In this document: one piece after another, positions 46,043-56,609 of the stretch | How the letters are laid out: every line of letters begins with the position of its first letter | Numbering within the stretch: position 1 is the first letter of the stretch | Source of the DNA: Nibricoccus sp. | Lineage (GTDB): Bacteria; Verrucomicrobiota; Verrucomicrobiia; Opitutales; Opitutaceae | DNA length: 64,000 nucleotides | Assembly (NCBI GenBank): GCA_047602425.1 | Contig: JASGHG010000001.1 | Location: 608,001 to 672,000, forward strand | Direction of reading: 5' to 3' | Notes under the pieces: model-generated | The model's input: the letters and a program-made list of their open reading frames with translations, nothing else | Databases searched by the model: none | What the model was told of the DNA's origin: nothing | Made by a program: the position numbers and the translations under genes

Positions 46043-47710
46043 ATGACTTTAAAACATATTTTCTTCATCGCTCTGCTGACGTTTGCCCTGATTGCGTTTT
46101 TCGCCTTTCGCGGTTCCAACACCAATCGCCAAGCCCAAGCGCCCATCCCCGATCTTCCGGCTGACCTTGGCAAAGTTTCCACCGCCGACATGGACCGGCT
46201 GATGAATGCCACCGTCCCCACCAACACCACGTCGCGCGAGTTGCTCGCGTCCATTTCGGAAAAACTCCGCCAGCGCATTGAGCGCGCCAATGCCCGTCCT
46301 CGCGAGGCAGTGCTCTCCTTCAAGAATGCCGAGGCTCTGCGCGCATTTCTCGCGCGCGCCGAATCCTCCGGCCTGCACGTGCTCGACCGTATCGACGCGT
46401 TCAATACTGTTCGCGTGCAATACGACTCGACCCAGCATCTCGCCCGGGAATTGATCGAAAATTCCGCCGACTACGCGCAGGTGGCCGCCAACTTCTACAT
46501 CAACAATCCCGATTCCGCCACGCCGCCGCAAGCCCAGGCCCGCGCGGCACGCAATCAAACTCCCGTGGGGAACCAATTACTATCGGTCCTTGGCGTGGCC
46601 GGCGGCAACGCCAACTGGGGCAATGGTGTGACCATCGCCATCCTCGACAGCGGTGTCGCCGCAGACCCGACCTTCGGACTCGGCCGGCTGAAAACCATCG
46701 ATATCGGGCTCGGCACCGCACCTGCCGCCGGCACCGAGGGAGGCCACGGAACCGCCGTCGCTTCACTCGCCGCTGGCCAATCGGCAGACGCCCAGGGTGT
46801 CGCCCCCGCCGCCAGTCTCCTCAGCATCCGCGTCGCCGACAATGATGGCAAAAGCGATTCGTTTACCGTTGCCCGTGCCATTCTCGCAGCAGTCGATGCC
46901 GGCGCAAAAATCGTCAACGTCAGCCTCGGCGGTTATGGCACGAACTTCGCCCTCGACTATGCGATCGACTACGCCACCACCCGTGGCGTCGTGCTCGTCG
47001 CCGCGGCCGGCAACGACCAGGCTGCGCAACTCACGTGGCCCGCTGCCGATCCCCGGGTCATCTCCGTCGGAGCGGTCGATGCCAATGGCCAACAAGTCAT
47101 TTTCTCCAACTCCGGCGAGCAACTCAAAATCACCGCTCCCGGCCTCGCCCTGCAAGCCGCGTGGTCCGATGGCACCCGCGTGAATTTCAGCGGCACATCA
47201 GGAAGCGCGCCAGTCGTGTCCGGCTCCATCGCGGCATTAATGTCGCAGAATCCCGAACTCACCGCCCCGCAGGCCTGGCAGATTCTGCAATCCCATGCCA
47301 ACGAAGCGGGCCGCCCCGGCGCCGACGCCGATTATGGCAGCGGCGTGCTCAATCTCGGCTGGTCCATCGCCCGCAATGACCCCACGCGCGTCGACACCGC
47401 CGTCGCAAGCCACTATTACAACGCAACCAACGAACAGCTCCAAATCGTGCTGCAAAACCGCAGCGCCAGCGCCGTCGCGGGCATGGATCTCAACATAGAG
47501 ATCAACGGCGCGCTCCAGCATTATCCCGTTTCGTGGCTCGCCGCCGGTTCTACAACCATTGTCAATCTGCCCATTTCCGCCAACCAACTTGCGGCCGCGG
47601 GACAGATCGAGTTCCGCACGGAACTCGTGAATCCGACCGGCACAACCGATGCCGAACCCGCCAATAATCGCCGATACAGCGCATTGTCCGCACCCGGCCG
47701 CTCGCGCTAA
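46043..47710 (+). CDS. S8 subtilisin-like serine peptidase, exported or N-terminally anchored
   Basis: Catalytic motifs ILDSG, HGTAVA and GTSGSAP; oxyanion motif AAAGND. Confidence 0.92.
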   Translation: MTLKHIFFIALLTFALIAFFAFRGSNTNRQAQAPIPDLPADLGKVSTADMDRLMNATVPTNTTSRELLASISEKLRQRIERANARPREAVLSFKNAEALRAFLARAESSGLHVLDRIDAFNTVRVQYDSTQHLARELIENSADYAQVAANFYINNPDSATPPQAQARAARNQTPVGNQLLSVLGVAGGNANWGNGVTIAILDSGVAADPTFGLGRLKTIDIGLGTAPAAGTEGGHGTAVASLAAGQSADAQGVAPAASLLSIRVADNDGKSDSFTVARAILAAVDAGAKIVNVSLGGYGTNFALDYAIDYATTRGVVLVAAAGNDQAAQLTWPAADPRVISVGAVDANGQQVIFSNSGEQLKITAPGLALQAAWSDGTRVNFSGTSGSAPVVSGSIAALMSQNPELTAPQAWQILQSHANEAGRPGADADYGSGVLNLGWSIARNDPTRVDTAVASHYYNATNEQLQIVLQNRSASAVAGMDLNIEINGALQHYPVSWLAAGSTTIVNLPISANQLAAAGQIEFRTELVNPTGTTDAEPANNRRYSALSAPGRSR

Positions 47711-47982
47711 AAGGCCCGGCTCGTTTGTCCCAATGCGGCTGGATTTGGCAATCTGACTGGAAGGTTAGGGTTCAATGGTCTTAGTTTACTGTTTTTGTAC
47801 AGTTGAAATCTGGACGTCACACAAGGCTTCTGGCCCTGTGTGAAGTGAGGTTACCGCACTGAAATCGCCAAGGCCGGGGTTTCCCGTCTCTTCACGCGGT
47901 GGCCGCAGCAGCATCACCATTATGTAAACCTTCTTTAAGTACCGGCGGGAGCCCGTATCCGAAGAATCGAAAGTCGCAGCCC

Positions 47983-48915
47983 ATGAATAAACCACTCATC
48001 AGCATTTGCATCGCCGCCTTCAACGCCGAGAAATATCTCGAGGCCACGCTGCGCACTATTCAGTCCCAGACTTTTAAGGATTGGGAACTGATCGTCACCG
48101 AAGACGGCTCCAAGGACCGCACCGAGGACTTCGTTTTGGATTTCTCCCTCAAGGTCCCGCAAAACGTCATCTACAACCGCCACCCGGCCAACCGCGGACT
48201 GCCCGCCACGCGCAACACCGGAGCAGCCGCTGCCTCTGGCGAATGGATCGTCTTTCTCGATGCCGACGATCTGTGGAAACCCGAACATCTCGAAAGCCTC
48301 GTCTCCTCCAGTCACATCGAAACCTCCGATGTCGTTTTCTCGGGCACCGTCGAGTATGACGATGCCACCTGGACGAAGCTCAGCACTCACACGCCGTCGA
48401 ATCGCGACCTGGCAGATCTTCCACTCGCGCTCTACACCGGCCAGCTCGCCGTCAAATCCTCCGCCGCCATGATCAAACGCGAAGCCCTGCAGCGTTTTGG
48501 TCCGATCGCGGCCGATTTCCCCCTTTGCAGCGACACGGAATTCTGGCTGCGCATCCTTTCGCAGGGCGGCCATCTGCTCTTCAGCGGAACCAACACCTGC
48601 ATCTATCGCCAACACAGCGCCTGCCTCTCTTCCAAAACCGCCGCCACCTTGATCGAAACCGCTCGCATCTGTGAACATTACTCCGAGTGGGACGCCATTC
48701 CGCGCATGGTCGCCCGCACCCGCACCGCCGGTCTTTACCGTTCGGCCGGCCGTTCCCTCCTCGCCGACAATCCGGCCGACGCGCTCAAACCGCTCTCGAC
48801 TTCGCTGCGCTTGGTCCCCCTCGCGCCGAAAACACTCGGCCTCTGGGCCAAGGCGTTCTTCACCCAAGGCACACGTTCCCGCCGCGCCCCCGCCCCCAGC
48901 CGTCAAGCCGCCTGA
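47983..48915 (+). CDS. Glycosyltransferase family 2
   Basis: ISICIAAFN, EDGSKD, NRGLPATRNTG and FLDADD. Confidence 0.92.
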   Translation: MNKPLISICIAAFNAEKYLEATLRTIQSQTFKDWELIVTEDGSKDRTEDFVLDFSLKVPQNVIYNRHPANRGLPATRNTGAAAASGEWIVFLDADDLWKPEHLESLVSSSHIETSDVVFSGTVEYDDATWTKLSTHTPSNRDLADLPLALYTGQLAVKSSAAMIKREALQRFGPIAADFPLCSDTEFWLRILSQGGHLLFSGTNTCIYRQHSACLSSKTAATLIETARICEHYSEWDAIPRMVARTRTAGLYRSAGRSLLADNPADALKPLSTSLRLVPLAPKTLGLWAKAFFTQGTRSRRAPAPSRQAA

Positions 48916-48970
48916 GAGAAATAAACTCCCCGGTCACGGTCGCTTTTCCCTAACAACTGTCCCACCCCAA

Positions 48971-49055
48971 ACGTTCGTCATCTATTGGATGACAAACGTG
49001 CAACGCACATCTCCCATTGGTTTCCGACCGTTCGTCATCCAATAAATGACAAACG
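48971..49055. repeat. Pair of GTCATC-N5-GATGAC palindromes
   Basis: acgttcgtcatc tattg gatgacaaacgt (48971-48999) and cgttcgtcatc caata aatgacaaacg (49029-49055). Confidence 0.8.
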
Positions 49056-49191
49056 CTTGCTTGGGCGGTTGTCGTATGGCAGGCCGTGAGAGGCGGTGTC
49101 CTACGGAACGTTCGACAAAGAATAATCGGCTTTCAGCTTTTAGGTTTGCGTACTTGCGCCGAGGCAACGCGCGCCCAAGCTTTTGGCCTCT

Positions 49192-50490
49192 ATGAATTAC
49201 CAAGGTCTTGGCACCAAAGCTCTCCACGCCGGCCAAAAGCCGGACCCCACCACCGGATCGCGCGCCGTTCCGATTTACCAGACGACCAGCTATGTCTTCC
49301 GCGACACCGAGCACGCCGCGAATCTTTTTGCACTGAAGGAACTGGGCAACATCTACACGCGCCTGATGAACCCCACGACCGACGTGTTCGAGCAACGCGT
49401 CGCGGCTCTTGAAGGTGGTTCGGGTGCGCTCGCCCACTCGTCCGGCCAGGCCGCCATCACCGATGCTATCCTCAACATCGCCGGCGCCGGCGACCACATT
49501 GTGTCCGTCTCCCAGCTCTACGGCGGCACGTATAACCTTTTCCACTACACTTTCAAAAAGCTCGGCATCGATGTCACGTTCGTCGACGCGCAGGATCCCG
49601 ACGCTTTCCGCCGCGCGGTGAAGCCGAACACCAAGGCCTTCTACGGCGAGGGCCTTGGCAATCCCGCGCTCAACATTTTCCCCTTTGAAGAGGTTGCGAA
49701 AATCGGCCGCGAGCTCGGCATCCCGGTCATCGTCGACAACACTTGCCTATCGCCAATTCTCAACCGCCCGATCGAATGGGGCGTCAACGTCGTCGTTCAT
49801 TCCGCCACCAAATACATCGGCGGCCATGGCACCTCCATCGCCGGCATCGTCGTTGACGGCGGCAATTTCAATTGGGGCAACGGCAAATTCCCCGGCTTCA
49901 CCCAGCCCGATCCGAGCTACCATGGGCTCGTGCATTGGGACGCGTTCAAGGCCTTCCCGCCCGCCGGCGGCGCGAACATCGCCTACATTTTGAAGATGCG
50001 CCTGCAACTTCTCCGCGACGTCGGTGCCTGCGTGAGCCCGTTCAATTCCTTCCAGGCGTTGCAAGGTCTCGAAACCTTGCACCTGCGCATGGAGCGCATT
50101 TGCCAGAACGCGATGAAGGCCGCCGAGTTTCTGTCGTCGCATCCGAAGGTTGTGTGGGTCAACTATCCCGGCCTCAAGACCAGCCCCAACCACTCCGTCG
50201 CCAAGAAATACCTCAAGGGCGGCTTTGGCGGTTTACTCGGGTTCGGCGTCAAAGGCGGTTTCGAAGCCGGTCGTCGTTTCATCGAAGGCCTGCAGCTCTT
50301 CAGCCATCTCGCGAACATCGGCGATGCCAAGTCACTCGCCATCCACCCGGCCAGCACTACGCACAGCCAGCTCACGGCCGAGGAGCAAAAGTCGACCGGC
50401 GTTTCGCCTGATTTCATTCGCCTGTCGCTCGGCATCGAGGACTTCGAGGATTTGCAGAAGGACCTTGAGGCAGGTTTGGCCAAAGTCTGA
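49192..50490 (+). CDS. metY: O-acetylhomoserine aminocarboxypropyltransferase
   Basis: [32 protein letters not shown] (PLP lysine) and [22 protein letters not shown]. Confidence 0.95.
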   Translation: MNYQGLGTKALHAGQKPDPTTGSRAVPIYQTTSYVFRDTEHAANLFALKELGNIYTRLMNPTTDVFEQRVAALEGGSGALAHSSGQAAITDAILNIAGAGDHIVSVSQLYGGTYNLFHYTFKKLGIDVTFVDAQDPDAFRRAVKPNTKAFYGEGLGNPALNIFPFEEVAKIGRELGIPVIVDNTCLSPILNRPIEWGVNVVVHSATKYIGGHGTSIAGIVVDGGNFNWGNGKFPGFTQPDPSYHGLVHWDAFKAFPPAGGANIAYILKMRLQLLRDVGACVSPFNSFQALQGLETLHLRMERICQNAMKAAEFLSSHPKVVWVNYPGLKTSPNHSVAKKYLKGGFGGLLGFGVKGGFEAGRRFIEGLQLFSHLANIGDAKSLAIHPASTTHSQLTAEEQKSTGVSPDFIRLSLGIEDFEDLQKDLEAGLAKV

Positions 50491-50518
50491 CGCGGCCTCG
50501 CTTCTAGTTTTCGTTTTC

Positions 50519-50552
50519 AGGCGGCACCCACCCGGTGCCGCCTTTTTGTTTT
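50519..50552 (+). terminator. Rho-independent terminator
   Basis: aggcggcacc-cacc-cggtgccgcc followed by tttttgttttt. Confidence 0.85.
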
Positions 50553-50776
50553 TACGGCCAAACACCCGCCAGCCCGATTTCTGTCTAATTTCTTCTCAAT
50601 CAGCTCCCGTTTCTATCCGAATAAGTTACAGTACAACCTTTACCCAGCCCCACGCTAAGGTTGCTGCGAACACGAGTCCTTGGCTCGCTTGCCCTCTGTA
50701 CCAACAGACGAGCAGCCTTGGCCAAGCCGCGCGCAGCCGCAAATGGCCTTTGTCCGATATTTTAAGATCACCTAAC

Positions 50777-52267
50777 ATGTCCCTACCGTTTCCTAAACTC
50801 ACCGCCGCCGAAGCCGCATCCATGGTCAAACATGGCGATGTGCTCGGCCTCAACGCCTTCACCGCCGCCGGCGCCGCCAAAGCCATTTCCCGCGCCATCG
50901 CCGCTCGCGCCCGCGACGAACATGCCGCTGGCCGCCCGTTCAAGGTCGGTATGATCACCGGCGCCTCGACCGGCCCGTCGCTCGACGGCGAACTCGCGAA
51001 GGCCGACGCCGTGTCGTTCCGCACACCGTTCCAGTCCGACGCCGACATGCGCAAGGCGATCAACGAGGGCAAAGTGCAGTTTTTCGACATGCATCTTTCC
51101 GCCCTGCCACAGGCTCTGCGCTACGGCCACTTGGGCAAAATGACTTGGGCCATCGTCGAGGCCTGCGACGTCGATGCCGACGGCTCCATTACGCTCACTT
51201 CTTGCGTTGGCGCAGCTCCCACCATGTGCCGCGTCGCGGACAAAGTTTTGATTGAGCTCAGCGGCGCCCATCCAAAAGCCCTGCGCGGCATCCACGATAT
51301 TTACGAGCCCGCCGATCCACCGTACCGCCGCGAGATCCCGATCTACAAGTGCTCGGACCGCATCGGCTCGCCCGTCATCAAGGTTCCGCCTTCCAAGATC
51401 GCCGGCATCGTCGAATCCAATATCGGCGACGAAATCAAAGGCTTCCCACCTCCAGGCGACGAAGCGCAGAAGATCGGTGAAAACGTCGCCAACTTCCTCG
51501 CCGGCGAAATCCGCCGTGGCACCCTGCCGTCTTCGTTCCTCCCGATCCAGTCCGGCGTCGGCGACACCGCCAATGCCGTCATCGGCGCGATGGGCGCGCA
51601 CCCCGACATTCCGCCGTTCGAGATGTACTCCGAAGTTTTGCAGGACTCCGTCTTCGGTCTCATGCAAAAAGGCAAAGTCACGTTCGGTTCCAGCGTGGCT
51701 CTCACCGCCAGCGCCGAAATGCGCAAAACGATTTATGACAATCTCGATTTCTTCCGTCCGCGCATCGTCCTCCGCTCGCAGGAAATCACGAACCATCCCG
51801 AGGTCATCCGTCGCCTCGGCGTCATCTCGATCAACACCGCGATCGAGGCCGACATTTTCGGCAACATCAATAGCACGCACGTCCTCGGCAAGGACCTCAT
51901 GAACGGCATTGGTGGTTCGGGTGATTTCACTCGCAACGCCTTCCTCTCGATCTTCACGTGCCCTTCGACCGCCAAGAACGGCAAGATCAGCACGATCGTC
52001 CCGCTCGTCAGCCACATGGATCACAGCGAACACTCCGTCGCCGCCGTGATCACCGAGCAAGGCGTCGCCGATCTCCGCGGCACCTCGCCCAACGAGCGCG
52101 CCCGCAAGATCATCGAAAATTGCGCGCATCCTGAGTACCGCGACACCCTGCTGCGCTATTGCAACGCCACGAAAAAAGGCCACACCCCGCAATCGCTGGG
52201 CCGTGCCTTCGCGATGCACCAGCGCTTCATGGAAGCGGGCGACATGCGTGGCGCCACCGTCGAATAA
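50777..52267 (+). CDS. Acetyl-CoA hydrolase / succinate CoA-transferase
   Basis: FTAAGAAKA, TGAST, FFDMHLS, PIQSGVG, YSEVLQD and MNGIGGSGDFTRNA. Confidence 0.94.
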   Translation: MSLPFPKLTAAEAASMVKHGDVLGLNAFTAAGAAKAISRAIAARARDEHAAGRPFKVGMITGASTGPSLDGELAKADAVSFRTPFQSDADMRKAINEGKVQFFDMHLSALPQALRYGHLGKMTWAIVEACDVDADGSITLTSCVGAAPTMCRVADKVLIELSGAHPKALRGIHDIYEPADPPYRREIPIYKCSDRIGSPVIKVPPSKIAGIVESNIGDEIKGFPPPGDEAQKIGENVANFLAGEIRRGTLPSSFLPIQSGVGDTANAVIGAMGAHPDIPPFEMYSEVLQDSVFGLMQKGKVTFGSSVALTASAEMRKTIYDNLDFFRPRIVLRSQEITNHPEVIRRLGVISINTAIEADIFGNINSTHVLGKDLMNGIGGSGDFTRNAFLSIFTCPSTAKNGKISTIVPLVSHMDHSEHSVAAVITEQGVADLRGTSPNERARKIIENCAHPEYRDTLLRYCNATKKGHTPQSLGRAFAMHQRFMEAGDMRGATVE

Positions 52268-52310
52268 AAAACGATCCATTCGCCTCCGCCAAAACCGCGG
52301 AAAATTCTTC

Positions 52311-52339
52311 AAGGCCGGGCCTCAAGGCCCGGCCTTTTT
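52311..52339 (+). terminator. Rho-independent terminator
   Basis: aaggccgggcc-tcaa-ggcccggcc followed by ttttt. Confidence 0.85.
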
Positions 52340-52525
52340 CATGCCCGGCCAAAACCACCTCATAATTTTTTTCACTATCCCCAATAAGCTCCCTTCCTAG
52401 CCGGCATCCGCCCGTCCGCTTGCGTGGACTCTCGCAAAACCTCCCTCTACCAACTTTCCGCCCCCCTCTGGCCTCCCCTCCCCCAGCCCCAACCTTGCAG
52501 CCTCAATTCGGCACGTTAGCTTCAC

Positions 52526-53764
52526 ATGCCAACAAAACTAACCACCACCTCTAACTCCCGCGGTTGGATCGTCACGCTCGCCGGACTCGGCATCAATCTC
52601 ATCCTAGGAACCCTTTACGCCTGGGGTGTGATGGGCAAGGCGCTCGTCGTGCAATGGAAATGGTCCAAGGCGGACGCCGGCCTGCCCTTCGCCGTTTCCA
52701 CCGCGGCGTTTGCCCTCATGATGATTTTCGCGGGACGCGCTCAGGACAAACTCGGCCCGCGGCGCGTCGCCGCGCTCGGCGGCGTGCTCTTCGGCGTGGG
52801 TCTGGCCACTTCGTCGATCGCCACCACGCCGCTCGCCATGGCCCTGACTTTCGGCGTGCTCGGCGGCATCGGCATTGGCCTCGGTTACTCCGCCACCACG
52901 CCTTCCGCTATCAAATGGTCCCCCCCGGCTCGCAAAGGTCTCATCACCGGCCTCGTCGTTGCCGGCGTTGGTCTCGCGGCTGTTTACATGGGTCCGCTTA
53001 CAAACTCGCTCATCGCCGCTTGCGGTATTGAAAAAACGTTCCTCATCCTCGGCATCGGCGCGACGATCATGATCTGCCTGTTTTCGCTGCTCCTGGTTAA
53101 TCCTCCCGCGGATTTCAAACCCATGGCAACCATACCAGTCGTCGGAGCCAAAACCGGCGCCGCCCGCCGCGAATACGATTGGGCCGAGATGCTCAAGACC
53201 CCGCAATTCTACCTCCTCTGGCTCATCTACGTACTCGCGGCTGCGGCGGGCCTCATGCTTATTTCCAACGTCGCGATCATCGCCAAGGAACAAGCCGGCT
53301 GGGAGGCAGGCTTCGTCGCTGTGATGACGCTCGCCGCCTTCAACACGCTTGGACGCGTCATCAGTGGTTTCATCTCCGACCGTATTGGCCGGACCAATAC
53401 GATGGTCCTGGCTTTCGTGCTGCAGGCCGTGAACATGTTTATTTTCACACGCTACAACACTCCGACTTTGATGATCGTTGGCACCGCGTTCACCGGACTT
53501 TGTTATGGCGCAATCTTTACGCTGATGCCCGCCGCCACGGCGGATTTCTACGGCGTCAAAAATCTCGGCGTAAACTATGGTTTCGTTTTCACCGGCTTCG
53601 GCGTCGCCGGCGTCCTCGGTTCGCGCTATGCCGGATTGGCGCGCGACCTCTTCGGCTCCTACGCGATCGCTTTCAAGATCTGCGCCGCCATGCTGCTCGT
53701 GGCCGCCGCCCTCGCCTACTGCACCCGTGCCCCGGCAAAAGAAGTTCAGCCACCAGTCGCATAA
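52526..53764 (+). CDS. OFA-family (oxalate/formate antiporter-like) MFS transporter
   Basis: About 12 TM segments, GRAQDKLGPR, KWSPPARKGLITG and DFYGVKNLGVNYG. Confidence 0.9.
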   Translation: MPTKLTTTSNSRGWIVTLAGLGINLILGTLYAWGVMGKALVVQWKWSKADAGLPFAVSTAAFALMMIFAGRAQDKLGPRRVAALGGVLFGVGLATSSIATTPLAMALTFGVLGGIGIGLGYSATTPSAIKWSPPARKGLITGLVVAGVGLAAVYMGPLTNSLIAACGIEKTFLILGIGATIMICLFSLLLVNPPADFKPMATIPVVGAKTGAARREYDWAEMLKTPQFYLLWLIYVLAAAAGLMLISNVAIIAKEQAGWEAGFVAVMTLAAFNTLGRVISGFISDRIGRTNTMVLAFVLQAVNMFIFTRYNTPTLMIVGTAFTGLCYGAIFTLMPAATADFYGVKNLGVNYGFVFTGFGVAGVLGSRYAGLARDLFGSYAIAFKICAAMLLVAAALAYCTRAPAKEVQPPVA

Positions 53765-53881
53765 CCCAACCGGCTCCTGCCCCTCAGCGTTACCACGCCC
53801 CATCTGCGCCCCACCACTTCCCTGTTCCGCGTAGTTCCCGCACGTCTCTGCAAAGTAACCGCGGCATCGATCGCCCCGACC

Positions 53882-53906
53882 GTTTGTCATTTAATAGACT
53901 ACAAAC
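53882..53906. repeat. Degenerate copy of the GTCATC-N5-GATGAC palindrome
   Basis: gtttgtcatt taata gactacaaac. Confidence 0.5.
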
Positions 53907-54023
53907 TAGTCTGTACCGCTAAATCTGACTTCGTCCAAATTCGCCAGAAGGCATTGTCTTTTGCGCGTCACAGAAAATTGCTGCGAGGTTGCCGATGGTG
54001 CAGTGTATGGCTTCTATGCAGAA

Positions 54024-54440
54024 ATGAAATCTTACCGCAAAGAGCTCTGGTTCGAAGTCCCGCAACGCCGTGCGTTTCTGAACATCACTCCGCAGGTCGA
54101 AGAATGCCTTCGCGAAAGTGGAATCTGCGAGGGGCTCTGCCTCGTCAACGCCATGCATATTTCCGCGTCGGTTTTTATCAACGACGACGAATCCGGATTA
54201 CATGCCGACTTCGAAAAGTGGCTGGAAAAACTCGCGCCCGAAAAGCCGCATTCGCAATACGCCCACAACCACGGCGAGGACAATGCCGACGCTCATCTCA
54301 AGCGCACCCTGATGGGCCGCGAAGTCATTGTCGCCGTGACAAAGGGTAAATTCGATTTCGGCCCGTGGGAACAGATTTTCTACGGTGAATTTGACGGTCT
54401 CCGCCGCAAGCGCGTCCTTGTTAAAATCATCGGTGAATAG
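54024..54440 (+). CDS. yjbQ: YjbQ family protein (secondary thiamine-phosphate synthase)
   Basis: [23 protein letters not shown] and [13 protein letters not shown]. Confidence 0.9.
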   Translation: MKSYRKELWFEVPQRRAFLNITPQVEECLRESGICEGLCLVNAMHISASVFINDDESGLHADFEKWLEKLAPEKPHSQYAHNHGEDNADAHLKRTLMGREVIVAVTKGKFDFGPWEQIFYGEFDGLRRKRVLVKIIGE

Positions 54441-54557
54441 GGTTCACCAGCAAACCGGTGTCACGGAGCGCGTAGTTAGCTTCGTTAGACAACCACTGCT
54501 CACCTCTAATTTCAATTGCAATGCCGGCCAGGCGGGGCTCAACCGCTCGGTCGGAAA

Positions 54558-56102
54558 TCAAACATCGCGCCCCACCAGCGCCGAGAGTTCGTCGACCGAT
54601 GTACGGGATGCGACAACCTGAACGTTGAGCTGTGTCGATACCGAAGCGCTTTCCTCGGCGGTCGCCGCATTTTTTTGGGTGAGTTTATCGAGTTGAACGG
54701 CAGCGGTGCTTAGCTGACCCAGCCCCTGACTTTGCTCGGTCGAAGCCGTTGTGATCTCTGCCATCAGTCCATCCACCTCCCGACTGCTGACAACGATCTC
54801 ATTGAACCGGCGTGAAATTTTTTCGCTGATGGCGATGCCATTTTGGCTGCAGGTAATTGATTCCTGAATACGCACAGCGGTTTCCTTGGCCGACTCGGCG
54901 GAGCGTCGGGCCAGCGAACGCACTTCGTCCGCAACGACCGCAAAACCTGCGCCGGCTCCGCCTGCTCTTGCGGCTTCCACTGCAGCGTTGAGTGCCAGCA
55001 GATTGGTCTGGAACGCGATTTCATCGATCGTCTTCACAATACTGGCCACGCTGTCGCTTGAAGTTTTGAGCGCTGCCATCGCCTTATCCATCTGCGCCAT
55101 GTCCGTTACTCCAGCTTCGGCTGCACCACGGGTTTTTGCAGTGGCCTCCTTGGCGCGAACCGCGTGTTCGGCATTACGCCGCGTCATACTGGTAATCTCC
55201 TCAAGCGAGGCACTGGTTTCCTCAATGGCCGCCGCCTGCTGAGTGGCCCCGTCTGCAAGATGCTGGCTGGCTGCGGCGATCTGGTCTGCAGCAAAACGCG
55301 TTTCATCAGTCGCGCCTTCGATGCGGTCGATTGCCCGGGTCAACGGACGCACAATGGTGTAACGATTTATCCAATACAAGCCACCCACGACCAAAACCAG
55401 TAAGCCAACACTAACCAGCGCAATGGTGCGCATGCTCGCCGCGACCACGGGATCGTCCTTCAAGGGCGCGGTGAGTACAAAGGCGCCTTTCAAGTCGCCC
55501 AGTTTCATGCCTTCCATGGGCAAGCCAAGAGGATCAAGCCCGTCCTTGGTCATGCTGCGCTCCGCCCCACCGTGACAGGCCAGACAGCTTTCGCTGAGCC
55601 GCACGGGACGCGCGAGAACCAACTCATTTTTCGCATTATCCCGGGCGAAATATTCTGCGTCACCTTTTTCAAAAGCGGCAAATGCTGCGGCGTATTCGAC
55701 GCCGTTGTCATTTTTGGGATTTCGCGCGCGCATGCCCGGACGCGATGGAGTGTAAAACTTGAAATCGTTCGCTTTTGCCAAAGTCGCCACCGATTCCCAG
55801 GCCGCTACCACTGGGATCGTTTTATAGAGCGCCGTTTCACGATACACTTCTTTGAGCAATCGGTCGGGAAATTTTTCCCGCGCGGCTTTCACCAAAGTTG
55901 AATAGTTGAAAGCACCATTGAGGTGCAATAGATCGAAATGGTCTCGCACAGATTCACCTTGTTTAATGGCTGCACTCATTTGCTGGCGCAGCGCGTCGAC
56001 TCGATTTTTTTTAGAGATCGAATAGACCGCGACCACCGCACCTATCGAGGTGAGCAATACAGCACCAATACCAGCAGCGAGAACTTTGCTTCCAATTTTC
56101 AT
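54558..56102 (-). CDS. Methyl-accepting chemotaxis protein with a periplasmic heme c-binding (DUF3365-like) sensor
   Basis: ARNPKND..., SCLACHG and [11 protein letters not shown] between two TM segments; [20 protein letters not shown]. Confidence 0.88.
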   Translation of the reverse strand: MKIGSKVLAAGIGAVLLTSIGAVVAVYSISKKNRVDALRQQMSAAIKQGESVRDHFDLLHLNGAFNYSTLVKAAREKFPDRLLKEVYRETALYKTIPVVAAWESVATLAKANDFKFYTPSRPGMRARNPKNDNGVEYAAAFAAFEKGDAEYFARDNAKNELVLARPVRLSESCLACHGGAERSMTKDGLDPLGLPMEGMKLGDLKGAFVLTAPLKDDPVVAASMRTIALVSVGLLVLVVGGLYWINRYTIVRPLTRAIDRIEGATDETRFAADQIAAASQHLADGATQQAAAIEETSASLEEITSMTRRNAEHAVRAKEATAKTRGAAEAGVTDMAQMDKAMAALKTSSDSVASIVKTIDEIAFQTNLLALNAAVEAARAGGAGAGFAVVADEVRSLARRSAESAKETAVRIQESITCSQNGIAISEKISRRFNEIVVSSREVDGLMAEITTASTEQSQGLGQLSTAAVQLDKLTQKNAATAEESASVSTQLNVQVVASRTSVDELSALVGRDV

Positions 56103-56609
56103 GTGCTCCAGTATCGCAAAACGCGCTGCTGGCATTTGTCACAGTCGTGTCACAACGAGAATCAATCGGTAAATTCGATCACGTTTAAACTACAAAGAGC
56201 TGGCTATCAGTTCGCTAACGTAGCGACAGAAACGAACGAAAATTAATTTTTGGTCTCTTCCGGAACCGGTGACAGAGCAGGATCGATCCATTTTTCACCA
56301 ACCCGGCCAATGTCTCGGCTACTAATGCCTTCAGGAAACTGGATATAGAGCATCCGTGTGACTCCGCCCCAACCAATCCTCACGGGCAAGGTTCGAGTCG
56401 CTACGCCAATCCAGTCGGTTGGGCTGCTGCCAATTTCCGCGGACAAAATTCTCTACGCTCGAACAAACGATCTCATGCCCGTTTTCATCAACCTGCGCTA
56501 AAGTCCGAGCGTGCACGCGACCCCGCGCGCACGTACCCCAACTCCTGATCAACGTCCGCTCGCGCGGGCTTTGTCCAGGACCAACCCCAAATAGTTAAGC
56601 GGAGGATCC

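Noticed and set aside
49056..49191. SAM riboswitch upstream of metY
   Set aside because: No SAM-I core or other SAM-class consensus recognisable by eye; an Rfam scan would be decisive.
50150..50776. N-terminal extension of the CoA-transferase in the ORF track (likewise 21984-22511 and 45725-46042)
   Set aside because: These overlap neighbouring genes or terminators; recognisable protein begins at the later ATG.
56381..56430. c-di-GMP-I riboswitch-like or tRNA-like fragment (gggcaaggttcgagtc...)
   Set aside because: Only a few matching bases; neither the GEMM stems nor a cloverleaf can be built.
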